Source of the DNA: Eledone cirrhosa
Lineage: Eukaryota
DNA length: 64,000 nt
NCBI GenBank assembly: GCA_964016885.1
Contig: OZ024743.1
Span: 372,372,001-372,436,000, forward strand
Reading direction: 5' to 3'
The notes below the pieces were generated by a model. That model did no database searches. It was given only the letters and a program-made list of their open reading frames with translations, and was not told the DNA's origin. The translations under genes and the position numbers were made by a program. Shown one piece after another: positions 1 through 17,100 of the stretch. Every line of letters begins with the position of its first letter. Within the stretch, counting starts at the first letter, position 1.

Positions 1-59
1 CACCATAGTCACAACTACTGTAAGACCACTGTATCAACACCATAGTCACAACTACTGTA

Positions 60-3000
60 AGGCCACTGTATCCACAGAATAGTCACAACTACTGTAAGAC
101 CACTGTATCCACACCATAGTTACAACTACTGTAAGACCACTGTATCAACACCACAGTCACAACTACTGTAAGACCACTGTATCAACACCCCACTCACAAC
201 TACTGTTGGACCACTGTATCAACACCACAGTCACAACTACTGTAAGACCACTGTATCAACACCATAGACACAACTACTGTAAGACCACTGTATCAACAAC
301 ACATTCACAACTACTCTAAGACCACTGTATCAACATCCCAGTTACAACTACTGTAAGACCACAGTATCAACACCTTAGTCACAACTACTGTACGACCACT
401 GTATCAACACCATAGTCACAACTACTGTAAGACCACAGTATCAACGCCATAGTCACAACTACTGTAAGACCACTGTATCAACAATACAGTCATAACTACT
501 CTAAGACCACTGTATCAAAACCATAGACACAACTATTGTAAGACCACTGTATCAACACCACAGTCACAACTACAGTAAGAGCACTGTATCAACACCATAG
601 TCACAACTACTGTAAGACCACAGTATCAACACCATAGTCACAACTACTGTAAGACCACTGCATCAACAACACAGTAACAACTACTCTAAGACCACTGTAT
701 CAACACCACAGTTACAACTACTGTAAGACCACTGTATCAACACCACAGTCACAACTATTGTAAGACCACTGTATCAACACCATAGTCACAACTACTGTAA
801 GACCACTGTATGAACACCATAGTCATAACTACTGAAAGTCCTCTGTATCAACACCATAGTCACAACTACTGTTTAGACCACTGTATCAACACCACAGTCA
901 TAACTACTGTAAGACCACTGTATCAACACCATAGTCATAACTACCGTAAGACCACTGTATCAACACCATAGTCACAACTACTGTAAGACCACTGTATCAA
1001 CACCATAGTCACAACTACTGTAAGACCAGTGTATCAACACCATAGTCACAACTATTGTAAGACCACTGTATCAACTCAACAGTCACAACTAGAGTAAGAC
1101 CACTTTATCAACACCATAGTCACAACTACTGTAAGACCACTGTATCAACACCATAGTCACAACTACTGTAAGGCCACTGTATCAACACCACAGTTACAAC
1201 TGCTGTAAGACCATTGTATCAACACCATAGTCACAACTACTGTAAGACCACTGTATCAACACCATAGTCACAACTACTGTAAGGCCACTGTATCAACACC
1301 ATAGTCACAACTACTGTAAGACCAGTGTATCAACACCATAGTCACAACTACTGTAAGACCACTGTATCAACACCATTGTCACAACTACTGTAAGACCACT
1401 GTATCAACACCACAGCCACAACTACTGTAAGACCACTGTATCAACACCATAGTCACAACTACCGTAAGACCACTGTATCAAGACCATAGTAACAACTACT
1501 GTAAGACCACTGTATCAACACCATAGTCACAACTACAGTAAGACCACTGTATCAACACCATAGTCACAACTACTGTAAGACCACTGTATCAACACCATAG
1601 TCACAACTACTGTAAGACCACTGTATTAACACCATAGTCACAACTACTGTAAGACCACTGTATCAACACCATAGTCACAACTACTGTAAGACCACTGTAT
1701 CAACACCATAGTCACAACTACTGTAAGACCACTGTATCAACACCACAGCCACAACTACTGTAAGACCACTGTATCAACACCACAGCCACAACTACTGTAA
1801 GACCACTGTATCAACACCATAGTCACAACTACTGTAAGACCACTGTATCAACACCATAGTCACAACTACTGTAAGACCACTGTATCAACACCACAGTCAT
1901 AACTAATGTAAGACCACTGTATCAACACCACAGTCATAACTACTGTAAGACCACTGTATCAACACCACAGCCACAACTACTGTAAGACCGCTGTATCAAC
2001 ACCACAGCCACAACTACTGTAAGACCACTGTATCAACACCATAGTCACAACTACTTTAAGACCACTGTATCAACACCATAGTCACAACTACTGTAAGACC
2101 ACTGTATCAACACCACAGCCACAACTACTGTAAGACCACTGTATCAACACCACAGCCACAACTACTGTAAGACCACTGTATCAACACCATAGTCACAACT
2201 ACTGTAAGACCACTGTATCAACACCATTGTCACAACTACTGTAAGACCACTGTATCAACACCATAGTCACAACTACTGTAAGACCACTGTATCAACACCA
2301 CAGTCATAACTAATGTAAGACCACTGTATCAGCACCACAGTCATAACTACTGTAAGACCACTGTATCAACACCATAGTCACAACTACTGTAAGACCACTG
2401 TATCAACACCATAGTCACAACTACAGTAAGACCACTGTATCAACACCGTAGTCACAACTACTGTAAGACCACTGTATCAACACCACAGTCATAACTAATG
2501 TAAGACCACTGTATCCACACCATAGTCACAACTACTGTAAGACCACTGTATCAACACCATAGTCACAACTACTGTAAGACCACTGTATCAACACCATAGT
2601 CACAACTACTGTAAGACCACTGTATCAACACCAGAGCCACAACTACTGTAAGACCACTGTATCAACACCACAGCCACAACTACTGTAAGGCCACTGTATC
2701 CACAGAATAGTCACAACTACTGTAAGACCACTGTATCCACACCATAGTTACAACTACTGTAAGACCACTGTATCAACACCACAGTCACAACTACTGTAAG
2801 ACCACTGTATCAACACCCCACTCACAACTACTGTTGGACCACTGTATCAACACCACAGTCACAACTACTGTAAGACCACTGTATCAACACCATAGACACA
2901 ACTACTGTAAGACCACTGTATCAACAACACATTCACAACTACTCTAAGACCACTGTATCAACATCCCAGTTACAACTACTGTAAGACCACAGTATCAACA

Positions 3001-5150
3001 CCTTAGTCACAACTACTGTACGACCACTGTATCAACACCATAGTCACAACTACTGTAAGACCACAGTATCAACGCCATAGTCACAACTACTGTAAGACCA
3101 CTGTATCAACAATACAGTCATAACTACTCTAAGACCACTGTATCAAAACCATAGACACAACTATTGTAAGACCACTGTATCAACACCACAGTCACAACTA
3201 CAGTAAGACCACTGTATCAACACCATAGTCACAACTACTGTAAGACCACAGTATCAACACCATAGTCACAACTACTGTAAGACCACTGCATCAACAACAC
3301 AGTAACAACTACTCTAAGACCACTGTATCAACACCACAGTTACAACTACTGTAAGACCACTGTATCAACACCACAGTCACAACTATTGTAAGACCACTGT
3401 ATCAACACCATAGTCACAACTACTGTAAGACCACTGTATGAACACCATAGTCATAACTACTGAAAGTCCTCTGTATCAACACCATAGTCACAACTACTGT
3501 TTAGACCACTGTATCAACACCACAGTCATAACTACTGTAAGACCACTGTATCAACACCATAGTCATAACTACCGTAAGACCACTGTATCAACACCATAGT
3601 CACAACTACTGTAAGACCACTGTATCAACACCATAGTCACAACTACTGTAAGACCAGTGTATCAACACCATAGTCACAACTATTGTAAGACCACTGTATC
3701 AACTCAACAGTCACAACTAGAGTAAGACCACTTTATCAACACCATAGTCACAACTACTGTAAGACCACTGTATCAACACCATAGTCACAACTACTGTAAG
3801 GCCACTGTATCAACACCACAGTTACAACTGCTGTAAGACCATTGTATCAACACCATAGTCACAACTACTGTAAGACCACTGTATCAACACCATAGTCACA
3901 ACTACTGTAAGGCCACTGTATCAACACCATAGTCACAACTACTGTAAGACCACTGTATCAACACCATAGTCACAACTACTGTAAGACCACTGTATCAACA
4001 CCATTGTCACAACTACTGTAAGACCACTGTATCAACACCACAGCCACAACTACTGTAAGACCACTGTATCAACACCATAGTCACAACTACCGTAAGACCA
4101 CTGTATCAAGACCATAGTCACAACTACTGTAAGACCACTGTATCAACACCATAGTCACAACTACAGTAAGACCACTGTATCAACACCATAGTCACAACTA
4201 CTGTAAGACCACTGTATCAACACCATAGTCACAACTACTGTAAGACCACTGTATCAACACCATAGTCACAACTACTGTAAGACCACTGTATCAACACCAT
4301 AGTCACAACTACTGTAAGACCACTGTATCAACACCATAGTCACAACTACTGTAAGACCACTGTATCAACACCACAGCCACAACTACTGTAAGACCACTGT
4401 ATCAACACCACAGCCACAACTACTGTAAGACCACTGTATCAACACCATAGTCACAACTACTGTAAGACCACTGTATCAACACCATAGTCACAACTACTGT
4501 AAGACCACTGTATCAACACCACAGTCATAACTAATGTAAGACCACTGTATCAACACCACAGTCATAACTACTGTAAGACCACTGTATCAACACCACAGCC
4601 ACAACTACTGTAAGACCGCTGTATCAACACCACAGCCACAACTACTGTAAGACCACTGTATCAACACCATAGTCACAACTACTTTAAGACCACTGTATCA
4701 ACACCATAGTCACAACTACTGTAAGACCACTGTATCAACACCACAGCCACAACTACTGTAAAACCACTGTATCAACACCACAGCCACAACTACTGTAAGA
4801 CCACTGTATCAACACCATAGTCACAACTACTGTAAGACCACTGTATCAACACCATTGTCACAACTACTGTAAGACCACTGTATCAACACCATAGTCACAA
4901 CTACTGTAAGACCACTGTATCAACACCACAGTCATAACTAATGTAAGACCACTGTATCAGCACCACAGTCATAACTACTGTAAGACCACTGTATCAACAC
5001 CATAGTCACAACTACTGTAAGACCACTGTATCAACACCATAGTCACAACTACAGTAAGACCACTGTATCAACACCGTAGTCACAACTACTGTAAGACCAC
5101 TGTATCAACACCACAGTCATAACTAATGTAAGACCACTGTATCCACACCA
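60..5150. repeat. Higher-order duplication in the 37-bp satellite, period 2628 bp (71 monomers +1 bp), 2 copies
   Basis: Diagnostic variants recur at the same offset: GGCCACTGTATCCACAGAAT at 61 and 2689, CTGTTGGA at 203 and 2831, and the 1-bp-insertion variant GTTTAGACC in both copies. Confidence 0.9.
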
Positions 5151-8100
5151 TAGTCACAACTACTGTAAGACCACTGTATCAACACAATAGTTACAACTAC
5201 TGTAAGACCAATGTATCAACACCACAGTCACAACTACTGTAAGATCACTGTATCAACACCCCACTCACAACTACTGTAAGACCACTGTATCAACACCACA
5301 GTCACAACTACTGTAAGACCACTGTATCAACACCATAGTCACAACTACTGTAAGACCACTGTATCAACAACACAGACGCAACTACTCTAAGACCTCTATA
5401 TCCACACCATGGTCATAACTACTGTAAGACCACTGTATCAACACCATAATCACAACTACTGCAAGACCACTGTATCAAAACCATAGTCACAACTACTGTA
5501 AGATCACTGTATCGACACCATAGTCACAACTACTGTAAAAACACTGTATCAACACCATAGTCACAACTACTGTAAGTCCACTGTATCAACACCATAGTCA
5601 CAACTACTGTAAGTCCACTGTATCAAAACCATAGTCACAACTACTGTAAGACCACTGTATCAACAGAACAGTCACAACTAATGTAAGACCACTGTATCAA
5701 CACCATAGTCAAAACTAGTGTAAGATCACTGTATCAACACCATAGTCACAACTACTGTAAGACTACTGAATCAACACCACAGTCACAATTACTGTAAGAC
5801 GACTGTATCAACGCCACAGCCACAACTACTCTAAGACCACTGTATCAACACCATAGTCACAACTACTGTAAGACCACTGTATCAATACCACAGTCACAAC
5901 TACTGTAAGATCACTGTATCAACACCACAGTCACAACTACTGTAAGTCCACTGTATCAACACCATAGTCACAACTACTGTAAGTCCACTGTATCAACACC
6001 ATAGTCACAACTACTGTAAGACCACTGTATCAACACCACAGTCACAACTACTGTAAGACCACTGTATCAACACCTCAGTCACAACTACTGTAAGACCACT
6101 GTATCAACACCATAGTCACAACTACTGTAAGTCCACTGTATCAACACCATAGTCACAACTACTGTAAGTCCACTGTATCAACACCATAGTCACAACTACT
6201 GTAAACCACTGTATCACCACCATAATCACAACTACTGTAAGACCACTGTATCAACACCGTAGTCACATTACTGTAAGACCACTGTATCAACACCACAGTC
6301 GCAACTACTGTAAGTCCACTGTATCAACATCATAGTCACAACTAATGTAAGACCACTGTATCACCACCATAATCACAACTACTGTAAGACCACTGTATCA
6401 ACACCATAGTCACAACTACCGTAAGACCACTGTATCAAGACCATAGTCACAACTACTGTAAGACCACTGTATCAACACCATAGTCACAACTACAGTAAGA
6501 CCACTGTATCAACACCATAGTCACAACTACTGTAAGACCACTGTATCAACACCATAGTCACAACTACTGTAAGACCACTGTATCAACACCATAGTCACAA
6601 CTACTGTAAGACCACTGTATCAACACCATTGTCACAACTACTGTAAGACCACTGTATCAACACCATAGTCACAACTACTGTAAGACCACTGTATCAACAC
6701 CACAGCCACAACTACTGTAAGACCACTGTATCAACACCACAGCCACAACTACTGTAAGACCACTGTATCAACACCATAGTCACAACTACTGTAAGACCAC
6801 TGTATCAACACCATAGTCACAACTACTGTAAGACCACTGTATCAACACCATAGTCACAACTACTGTAAGACCACTGTATCAACACCACAGTCATAACTAA
6901 TGTAAGACCACTGTATCAACACCACAGTCATAACTACTGTAAGACCACTGTATCAACACATCAGCCACAACTACTGTAAGACCACTGTATCAACACCACA
7001 GCCACAACTACTGTAAGACCACTGTATCAACACCATAGTCACAACTACTGTAAGACCACTGTATCAACACCATTGTCACAACTACTGTAAGACCACTGTA
7101 TCAACACCATAGTCACAACTACTGTAAGACCACTGTATCAACACCACAGTCATAACTAATGTAAGACCACTGTATCAACACCACAGTCATAACTACTGTA
7201 AGACCACTGTATCAACACCACAGCCACAACTACTGTAAGACCACTGTATCAACACCACAGCCACAACTACTGTAAGACCACTGTATCAACACCATAGTCA
7301 CAACTACTTTAAGACCACTGTATCAACACCATAGTCACAACTACTGTAAGACCACTGTATCCACACCACAGCCACAACTACTGTAAGACCACTGTATCAA
7401 CACCACAGCCACAACTACAGTAAGACCACTGTATCAACACCATAGTCACAACTACTGTAAGACCACTGTATCAACACCATAGTCACAACTACTGTAATAC
7501 CACTGTATCAACACCATAGTCACAACTACTGTAAGACCACTGTATCAACACCACAGTCATAACTAATGTAAGACCACTGTATCAACACCACAGTCATAAC
7601 TACTGTAAGACCACTGTATCAACACCATAGTCACAACTACTGTAAGACCAATGTATCAACACCACAGTCACAACTACTGTAAGATCACTGTATCAACACC
7701 CCACTCACAACTACTGTAAGACCACTGTATCAACACCACAGTCACAACTACTGTAAGACCACTGTATCAACACCATAGTCACAACTACTGTAACACCACT
7801 GTATCAACACCATAGTCACAAGTACTGTAAGACCACTGTATCAACAGAACAGTCACAACTAATGTAAGACCACTGTATCAACACCATAGTCAAAACTATT
7901 GTAAGATCACTGTATCAACACCATAGTCACAACTACTGTAAGACTACTGAATCAACACCACAGTCACAATTACTGTAAGACCACTGTATCAACGCCACAG
8001 CCACAACTACTGTAAGATCACTGTAAGAATCACCATAGTCACAACTACTGTAAGACCACTGTATCAACACCACAGTCACAACTACTGTAAGACCACTGTA

Positions 8101-11100
8101 TCAACACCTCAGTCACAACTACTGTAAGACCACTGTATCAACACCATAGTCACAACTACTGTAAGTCCACTGTATCAACACCATAGTCACAACTACTGTA
8201 AACCACTGTATCACCACCATAATCACAACTACTGTAAGACCACTGTATCAACACCGTAGTCACATTACTGTAAGACCACTGTATCAACACCACAGTCGCA
8301 ACTAATGTAAGTCCACTGTATCAACACCATAGTCACAACTACTGTAAGACCACTGTATCACCACCATAATCACAACTACTGTAAGACCACTGTATCAACA
8401 CCATAGTCACAACTACCGTAAGACCACTGTATCAAGACCATAGTCACAACTACTGTAAGACCACTGTATCAACACCATAGTCACAACTACAGTAAGACCA
8501 CTGTATCAACACCATAGTCACAACTACTGTAAGACCACTGTATCAACACCATAGTCACAACTACTGTAAGACCACTGTATCAACACCATAGTCACAACTA
8601 CTGTAAGACCACTGTATCAACACCACAGTCATAACTAATGTAAGACCACTGTATCAACACCACAGTCATAACTACTGTAAGACCACTGTATCAACACCAC
8701 AGCCACAACTACTGTAAGACCACTGTATCAACACCACAGCCACAACTACTGTAAGACCACTGTATCAACACCATAGTCACAACTACTTTAAGACCACTGT
8801 ATCAACACCATAGTTACAACTACTGTAAGACCACTGTATCAACACCACAGCCACAACTACTGTAAGACCACTGTATCAACACCACAGCCACAACTACTGT
8901 AAGACCACTGTATCAACACCATAGTCACAACTACTGTAAGACCACTGTATCAACACCATTGTCACAACTACTGTAAGACCACTGTATCAACACCATAGTC
9001 ACAACTACTGCAAGACCACTGTATCAACACCACAGTCATAACTAATGTAAGACCACTGTATCAACACCACAGTCATAACTACTGTAAGACCACTGTATCA
9101 ACACCATAGTCACAACTACTGTAAGACCACTGTATCAACACCATAGTCACAACTACAGTAAGACCACTGTATCAACACCATAGTCACAACTACTGCAAGA
9201 CCACTGTATCAACACCACAGTCATAACTAATGTAAGACCACTGTATCAACACCACAGTCATAACTACTGTAAGACCACTGTATCAACACCATAGTCACAA
9301 CTACTGTAAGACCACTGTATCAACACCATAGTCACAACTACAGTAAGACCACTGTATCAACACCGTAGTCACAACTACTGTAAGACCACTGTATCAACAC
9401 CACAGTCATAACTAATGTAAGACCACTGTATCAACACAATAGTTACAACTACTGTAAGACCAATGTATCAACACCACAGTCACAACTACTGTAAGATCAC
9501 TGTATCAACACCCCACTCACAACTACTGTAAGACCACTGTATCCACACCATAGTCATAACTACTGTAAGACCACTGTATCAACACCATAATCACAACTAC
9601 TGCAAGACCACTGTATCAAAACCATAGTCACAACTACTGTAAGATCACTGTATCAACACCATAGTCACAACTACTGTAAAAACACTATATCAACACCATA
9701 ATCATAACTACTGTAAGACCACTGTATCAAAACCATAGTCACAACTACTGTAAGAACACTGTATCAACACCATAGTCACAAGTACTGTAAGACCACTGTA
9801 TCAACAGAACAGTCACAACTAATGTAAGACCACTGTATCAACACCATAGTCAAAACTAGTGTAAGATCACTGTATCAACACCATAGTCACAACTACTGTA
9901 AGACTACTGAATCAACACCACAGTCACAATTACTGTAAGACCACTGTATCAACGCCACAGCCACAACTACTCTAAGACCACTGTATCAACACCATAGTCA
10001 CAACTACTGTAAGACCACTGTATCAACACCACAGTCACAACTACTGTAAGATCACTGTAAGAATCACCATAGTCACAACTAATGTAAGACCACTGTATCA
10101 ACACCACAGTCACAACTACTGTAAGACCACTGTATCAACACCTCAGTCACAACTACTGTAAGACCACTGTATCAACACCATAGTCACAACTACTGTAAGT
10201 CCACTGTATCAACACCATAGTCACAACTACTGTAAGTCCACTGTATCAACACCATAGTCACAACTACTGTAAACCACTGTATCACCACCATAATCACAAC
10301 TACTGTAAGACCACTGTATCAACACCGTAGTCACATTACTGTAAGACCACTGTATCAACACCACAGTCGCAACTACTGTAAGTCCACTGTATCAACACCA
10401 TAGTCACAACTACTGTAAGACCACTGTATCACCACCATAATCACAACTACTGTAAGACCACTGTATCAACACCACGGTCACAACTACTGTAAGACCACTG
10501 TATCAACATCATAGTCATAACTACTGTAAGACCACTGTATCAACACCATAGTCATAACTACTGAAAGTCCTCTCTATCAACACAATAGTCATAACTACTG
10601 TAAGACCACTGTATCAACACCATAGTCATAACTACCGTAAGACCACTGTATCAACACCATAGTCATAACTACTGTAAGACCACTGTATCAACAGAACAGT
10701 CACAACTACTGTAATACCATTGTATCAACACCATAGTCACAACTACTGTAAGACCACTGTATCAACACCACAGTAATAACTACTGTAAGACCACTGTATC
10801 ATCACCATAGTCATAACTACTGAAAGTCCTCTGTATCAACACCTTAGTCACAACTATTGTAAGACTACTGTATCAACACCACAGCCACAACTACTGTAAG
10901 ACCACTGTATAAAAACCACAGTCACAACTATTGTAAGACCACTGTATCATCACCATAGACATAACTACTGTAAGAACACTGTATCAACACCATAATCACA
11001 ACTACTGCAAGACCACTGTATCAAAACCATAGTCACAACTACTGTAAGATCACTGTTTCAACACCATAGTCACAACTACTGTAAAAACACTGTATCAACA

Positions 11101-14100
11101 CCATAGTCATAACTACTGTAAGACCACTGTATCAAAACCATAGTCACAACTACTGTAAGACCACTGTATCAACACCATAGTAACAACTACTCTAAAGACC
11201 ACTGTATCAACACCATAGTCATAACTACTGTAAGACCACTGTATCAAAACCATAGTCACAAGTACTGTAAGACCACTGTATCAACACCATAGTAACAACT
11301 ACTGTAAAGACCACTGTATCAACACCATAGTCATAACTACCGTAAGACCACTGTATCAACACGATAGTCATAACTACTGTAAGACCACTGTATCAACAGA
11401 ACAGTCACAACTAATGTAAGACCACTGTATCAACACCATAGTCAAAACTAGTGAAAGATCACTGTATCAACACCATAGTCACAACTACTGTAAGACTACT
11501 GAATCAACACCACAGTCACAACTACTGTAAGACCACTCTATCAACGCCACAGCCACAACTACTCTAAGACCACTGTATCAACACCATAGTCACAACTACT
11601 GTAAGACCACTGTATCAACAGCACAGTCACAACTACTGTAAGATCACTGTAAGAATCACCATAGTCACAACTACTGTAAGACCACTGTATCAACACCACT
11701 GTCACAACTACTCTAAGACCACTGTATCAACACCATAGTCACAACTACTGTAAGACCACTGTATCAACACCATAGTCATAACTACTGTAAGACCACTGTA
11801 ATAACGCCACAGTCACAACTACTCTAAGACCACTGTATCAACACCATAGTCACAACTACTGTAAGACCACTGTATCAACACCACAGTCACAACTACTGTA
11901 AGATCACTGTAAGAATCACCATAGTCACAACTACTGTAAGACCACTGTATCAACACCACAGTCACAACTACTGTAAGACCACTGTATCAACACCACAGTC
12001 ACAACTACTGTAAGACCACTGTATCAACACCATAGTCACAACTACTGTAAGTCCACTGTATCAACACCATAGTCACAACTACTGTAAGTCCACTGTATCA
12101 ACACCATAGTCACAACTACTGTAAGACCACTGTATCACCACCATAATCACAACTACTGTAAGACCACTGTATCAACACCGTAGTCACATTACTGTAAGAC
12201 CACTGTATCAACACCACAGTCGCAACTACTGTAAGTCCACTGTATCAACACCATAGTCACAACTACTGTAAGACCACTGTATCACCACCATAATCACAAC
12301 TACTGTAAGACCACTGTATCAACACCATAGTCATAACTACTGAAAGTCCTCTCTATCAACACAATAGTCATAACTACTGTAAGACCACTGTATCAACACC
12401 ATAGTCATAACTACCGTAAGACCACTGTATCAACACCATAGTCATAACTACTGTAAGACCACTGTATCAACAGAACAGTCACAACTACTGTAATACCACT
12501 GTATCAACACCATAGTCACAACTACTGTAAGACCACTGTATCAACACCATAGTCACAACTACTGTAAGACCACTGTATCAACACCATAGTAACAACTACC
12601 GTAAGACCACTGTATCAACACCATAGTCATAACTACCGTAAGACAACTGTATCAACACCATAGTCATAACTACTGTAAGACCACTGTATCAACAGAACAG
12701 TCACAACTACTGTAATACCACTGTATCAACACCATAGTCACAACTATTGTAAGACCACTGTATCAACACCATAGTCATAACTACCGTATGACCAGTGTAT
12801 CAACACCATAGTCATTAGACCACTGTATCAACACCATAGTCACAACTGCTGTAAAACCACTGTATCTACACCATAGTCATAACTACTGTAAGACCACTGT
12901 ATCAACACCATAGTCACAACTATTGTAAGACAACTGTATCAAGACCACAGTCACAACTACAGTAAGACCACTTTATCCACACCATAGTCACAACTACTGT
13001 AAGACCACTGTATGAACACCATAGTCACACCTACTCTAAGATCACTGTATCAACACCATAGTCACAATTACTGTAAGACCACTCTATCCACACCATAGTC
13101 ACAACTACTGTAAGGCCACTGTATCCACAGAATAGTCACAACTACTGTAAGACCACTCTATCAACCCACACTCACAACTACTGTAAGACCACTGTATCAA
13201 CACCATAGTCATAACTAATGTAAGACCACTGTATCAACACCATAGTCACAACTACTGTAAGACCACTGTATCAACACCATAGTCACAACTACTGTAAGAC
13301 CACTGTATCAACACCACAGTCACAACTACTGTAAGACCACTGTATCAACCCACACTCACAACTACTCTAAGACCACTGTATCAACACCACAGTTACAACT
13401 ACTGTAAGACCACTGTATCAACACCATAGTCACAACTACTGTAAGACCACTGTATCAACACCACAGTCACAACTACTGTAAGACCACTGTATCAACACCA
13501 TAGTCACAACTACTGTAAGACCACTGTATCAACACCACAGTTACAACTACTGTAAGACCACTGTATCAACACCATAGTCACAACTACTGTAAGACCACTG
13601 TATCAACACCACAGTTACAACTACTGTAAGACCACTGTATCAACACCATAGTCACAACTACTGTAAGACCACAGTATCAACACCACAGTTACAACTACTG
13701 TAAGACCACTGTATCAACACCATAGTCACAACTACTGTAAGATCACTGTATCAACACCATAGTCACAACTACTGTAAGACCACTGTATCAACCCACACTC
13801 ACAACTACTGTAAGACCACAGTATCAACACCATAGTCACAACTACTGTAAGACCACAGTATCAACACCACAGTCATAACTACTGTAAGTCCACTGTATCA
13901 ACACCACAGTCACAACTACTGTAAGACCACTGTATCAACACCATAGTCACAACTACTGTAAGACCACTGTATCAACACCATAGCCATAACTACTGTAAGA
14001 CCACTGTATCAACACCATAGTCACAACTACTGTAAGACCACTGTATCAACACCACAGTCACAACTACTGTAAGACCACTGTATCAACACCATAGTCATAA

Positions 14101-17100
14101 CTACTGTAAGACCACTGTATCAACACCATAGTCACAACTACTGTAAGATCACTGTATCAACACCATAGTCACAACTACTGTAAGAACACTGTATTAACCC
14201 ACACTCACAACTACTGTAAGACCACAGTATCAACACCAAAGTCACAACTACTGTAAGACAACTGTATCAACACCATAGTCATAACTACTGTAAGACCACT
14301 GTATCAACACCATAGTCACAACTACTGTAAGACAACTGTATCAACACCATAGTCATAAAACCACTGTATCAACACCATAGTCACAACTACTGTAAGACCA
14401 CAGTATCAACACCATAGTCACAACTACTGTAAGACCACTGTATCAACACCACACTCACAACTATTGTAAGACCACAGTATCAACACCAAAGTCACAACTA
14501 CTGTAAGACCACTGTATCATCACCATAGTCATAACTACTGAAAGTCCTCTGTATCAACACCTTAGTCACAACTATTGTAAGACTACTGTATCAACACCAC
14601 AGCCACAACTACTGTAAGACCACTGTATAAAAACCACAGTCACAACTATTGTAAGACCACTGTATCATCACCATAGACATAACTACTGTAAGACCACTGT
14701 ATCAACACCATAATCACAACTACTGCAAGACCACTGTATCAAAACCATAGTCACAACTACTGTAAGATCACTGTTTCAACACCATAGTCACAACTACTGT
14801 AAAAACACTGTATCAACACCATAGTCATAACTACTGTAAGACCACTGTATCAAAACCATAGTCACAACTACTGTAAGACCACTGTATCAACACCATAGTA
14901 ACAACTACTGTAAAGACCACTGTATCAACACCATAGTCATAACTACTGTAAGACCACTGTATCAAAACCATAGTCACAAGTACTGTAAGACCACTGTATC
15001 AACACCATAGTCATAACTACTGTAAGACCACTGTATCAACAGAACAGTCACAACTACTGTAATACCACTGTATCAACACTATAGTCACAACTACTGTAAG
15101 ATCACTGTATCAACACCATAGTCATAACTACCGTAAGACCACTGTATCAACACGATAGTCATAACTACTGTAAGACCACTGTATCAACAGAACAGTCACA
15201 ACTAATGTAAGACCACTGTATCAACACCATAGTCAAAACTAGTGAAAGATCACTGTATCAACACCATAGTCACAACTACTGTAAGACCACTGTATCAACG
15301 CCACAGCCACAGCTACTCTAAGACCACTGTTTCAACACCATAGTCACAACTACTGTAAGACCACTGTATCAACAGCACAGTCACAACTACTGTAAGATCA
15401 CTGTAAGAATCACCATAGTCACAACTACTGTAAGACCACTGTATCAACACCACAGTCACAACTACTCTAAGACCACTGTATCAACACCATAGTCACAACT
15501 ACTGTAAGACCACTGTATCAACACCATAGTCATAACTACTGTAAGACCACTGTAACAACGCCACAGTCACAACTACTCTAAGACCACTGTATCAACACCA
15601 TAGTCACAACTACTGTAAGACCACTGTATCAACACCACAGTCACAACTACTGTAAGATCACTGTAAGAATCACCATAGTCACAACTACTGTAAGACCACT
15701 GTATCAACACCACAGTCACAACTACTGTAAGACCACTGTATCAACACCACAGTCACAACTACTGTAAGACCACTGTATCAACACCATGGTCACAACTACT
15801 GTAAGTCCACTGTATCAACACCATAGTCACAACTACTGTAAGTCCACTGTATCAACACCATAGTCACAACTACTGTAAGACCACTGTATCAACACCGTAG
15901 TCACATTACTGTAAGACCACTGTATCAACACCACAGTCGCAACTACTGTAAGTCCACTGTATCAACACCATAGTCACAACTACTGTAAGACCACTGTATC
16001 ACCACCATAATCACAACTACTGTAAGACCACTGTATCAACACCACGGTCACAACTACTGTAAGACCACTGTATCAACATCATAGTCATAACTACTGTAAG
16101 ACCACTGTATCAACACCATAGTCATAACTACTGAAAGTCCTCTCTATCAACACAATAGTCATAACTACTGTAAGACCACTGTATCAACACCATAGTCATA
16201 ACTACCGTAAGACCACTGTATCAACACCATAGTCATAACTACTGTAAGACCACTGTATCAACAGAACAGTCACAACTACTGTAATACCACTGTATCAACA
16301 CCATAATCACAACTACTGTAAGACCACTGTATCAACACCATAGTCACAACTACTGTAAGACCACTGTATCAACACCATAGTAACAACTACCGTAAGACCA
16401 CTGTATCAACACCATAGTCATAACTACCGTAAGACCACTGTATCAACACCATAGTCATAACTACTGTAAGACCACTGTATCAACAGAACAGTCACAACTA
16501 CTGTAATACCACTGTATCAACACCATAGTCACAACTACTGTAAGATCACTGTATCAACACCATAGTCACAACTACTGTAAGAACACTGTATCAACCCCAC
16601 AGTCACAACTACTGTAAGACCACTGTATCAACACCACAGTCATAACTACTGTAAGTCCACTGTATCAACACCATAGTCACAATGTCTGTAATACCACTGT
16701 ATCAACACCATAGTCACAACTACTGTAAGACCACTGTATCAACACCATAGTCACAACTACTGTAAGACCACTGTATCAACACCATAGTTACAACTACTGT
16801 AAGACCATTGTATCAACACCACAGTCACAACTACTGCAAGACCACTGTATCAACACCATAGTTACAACTACTGTAAGACCACTGTATCAACACCACAGTC
16901 ACAACTACTGTAAGACCACTGTATCAACACCAGAGTCATAACTACGGTAAGACCAATGTATCCAGACCATAGTCACAAATACTGTAAGACCACTGTATCA
17001 ACACCATAGTCACAACTACTGTAAGACCACTGTATCAACACCACAGTCACAACTACTGTAAGACCACTGTATCAACACCACAGTCACAACTACTGTAAGA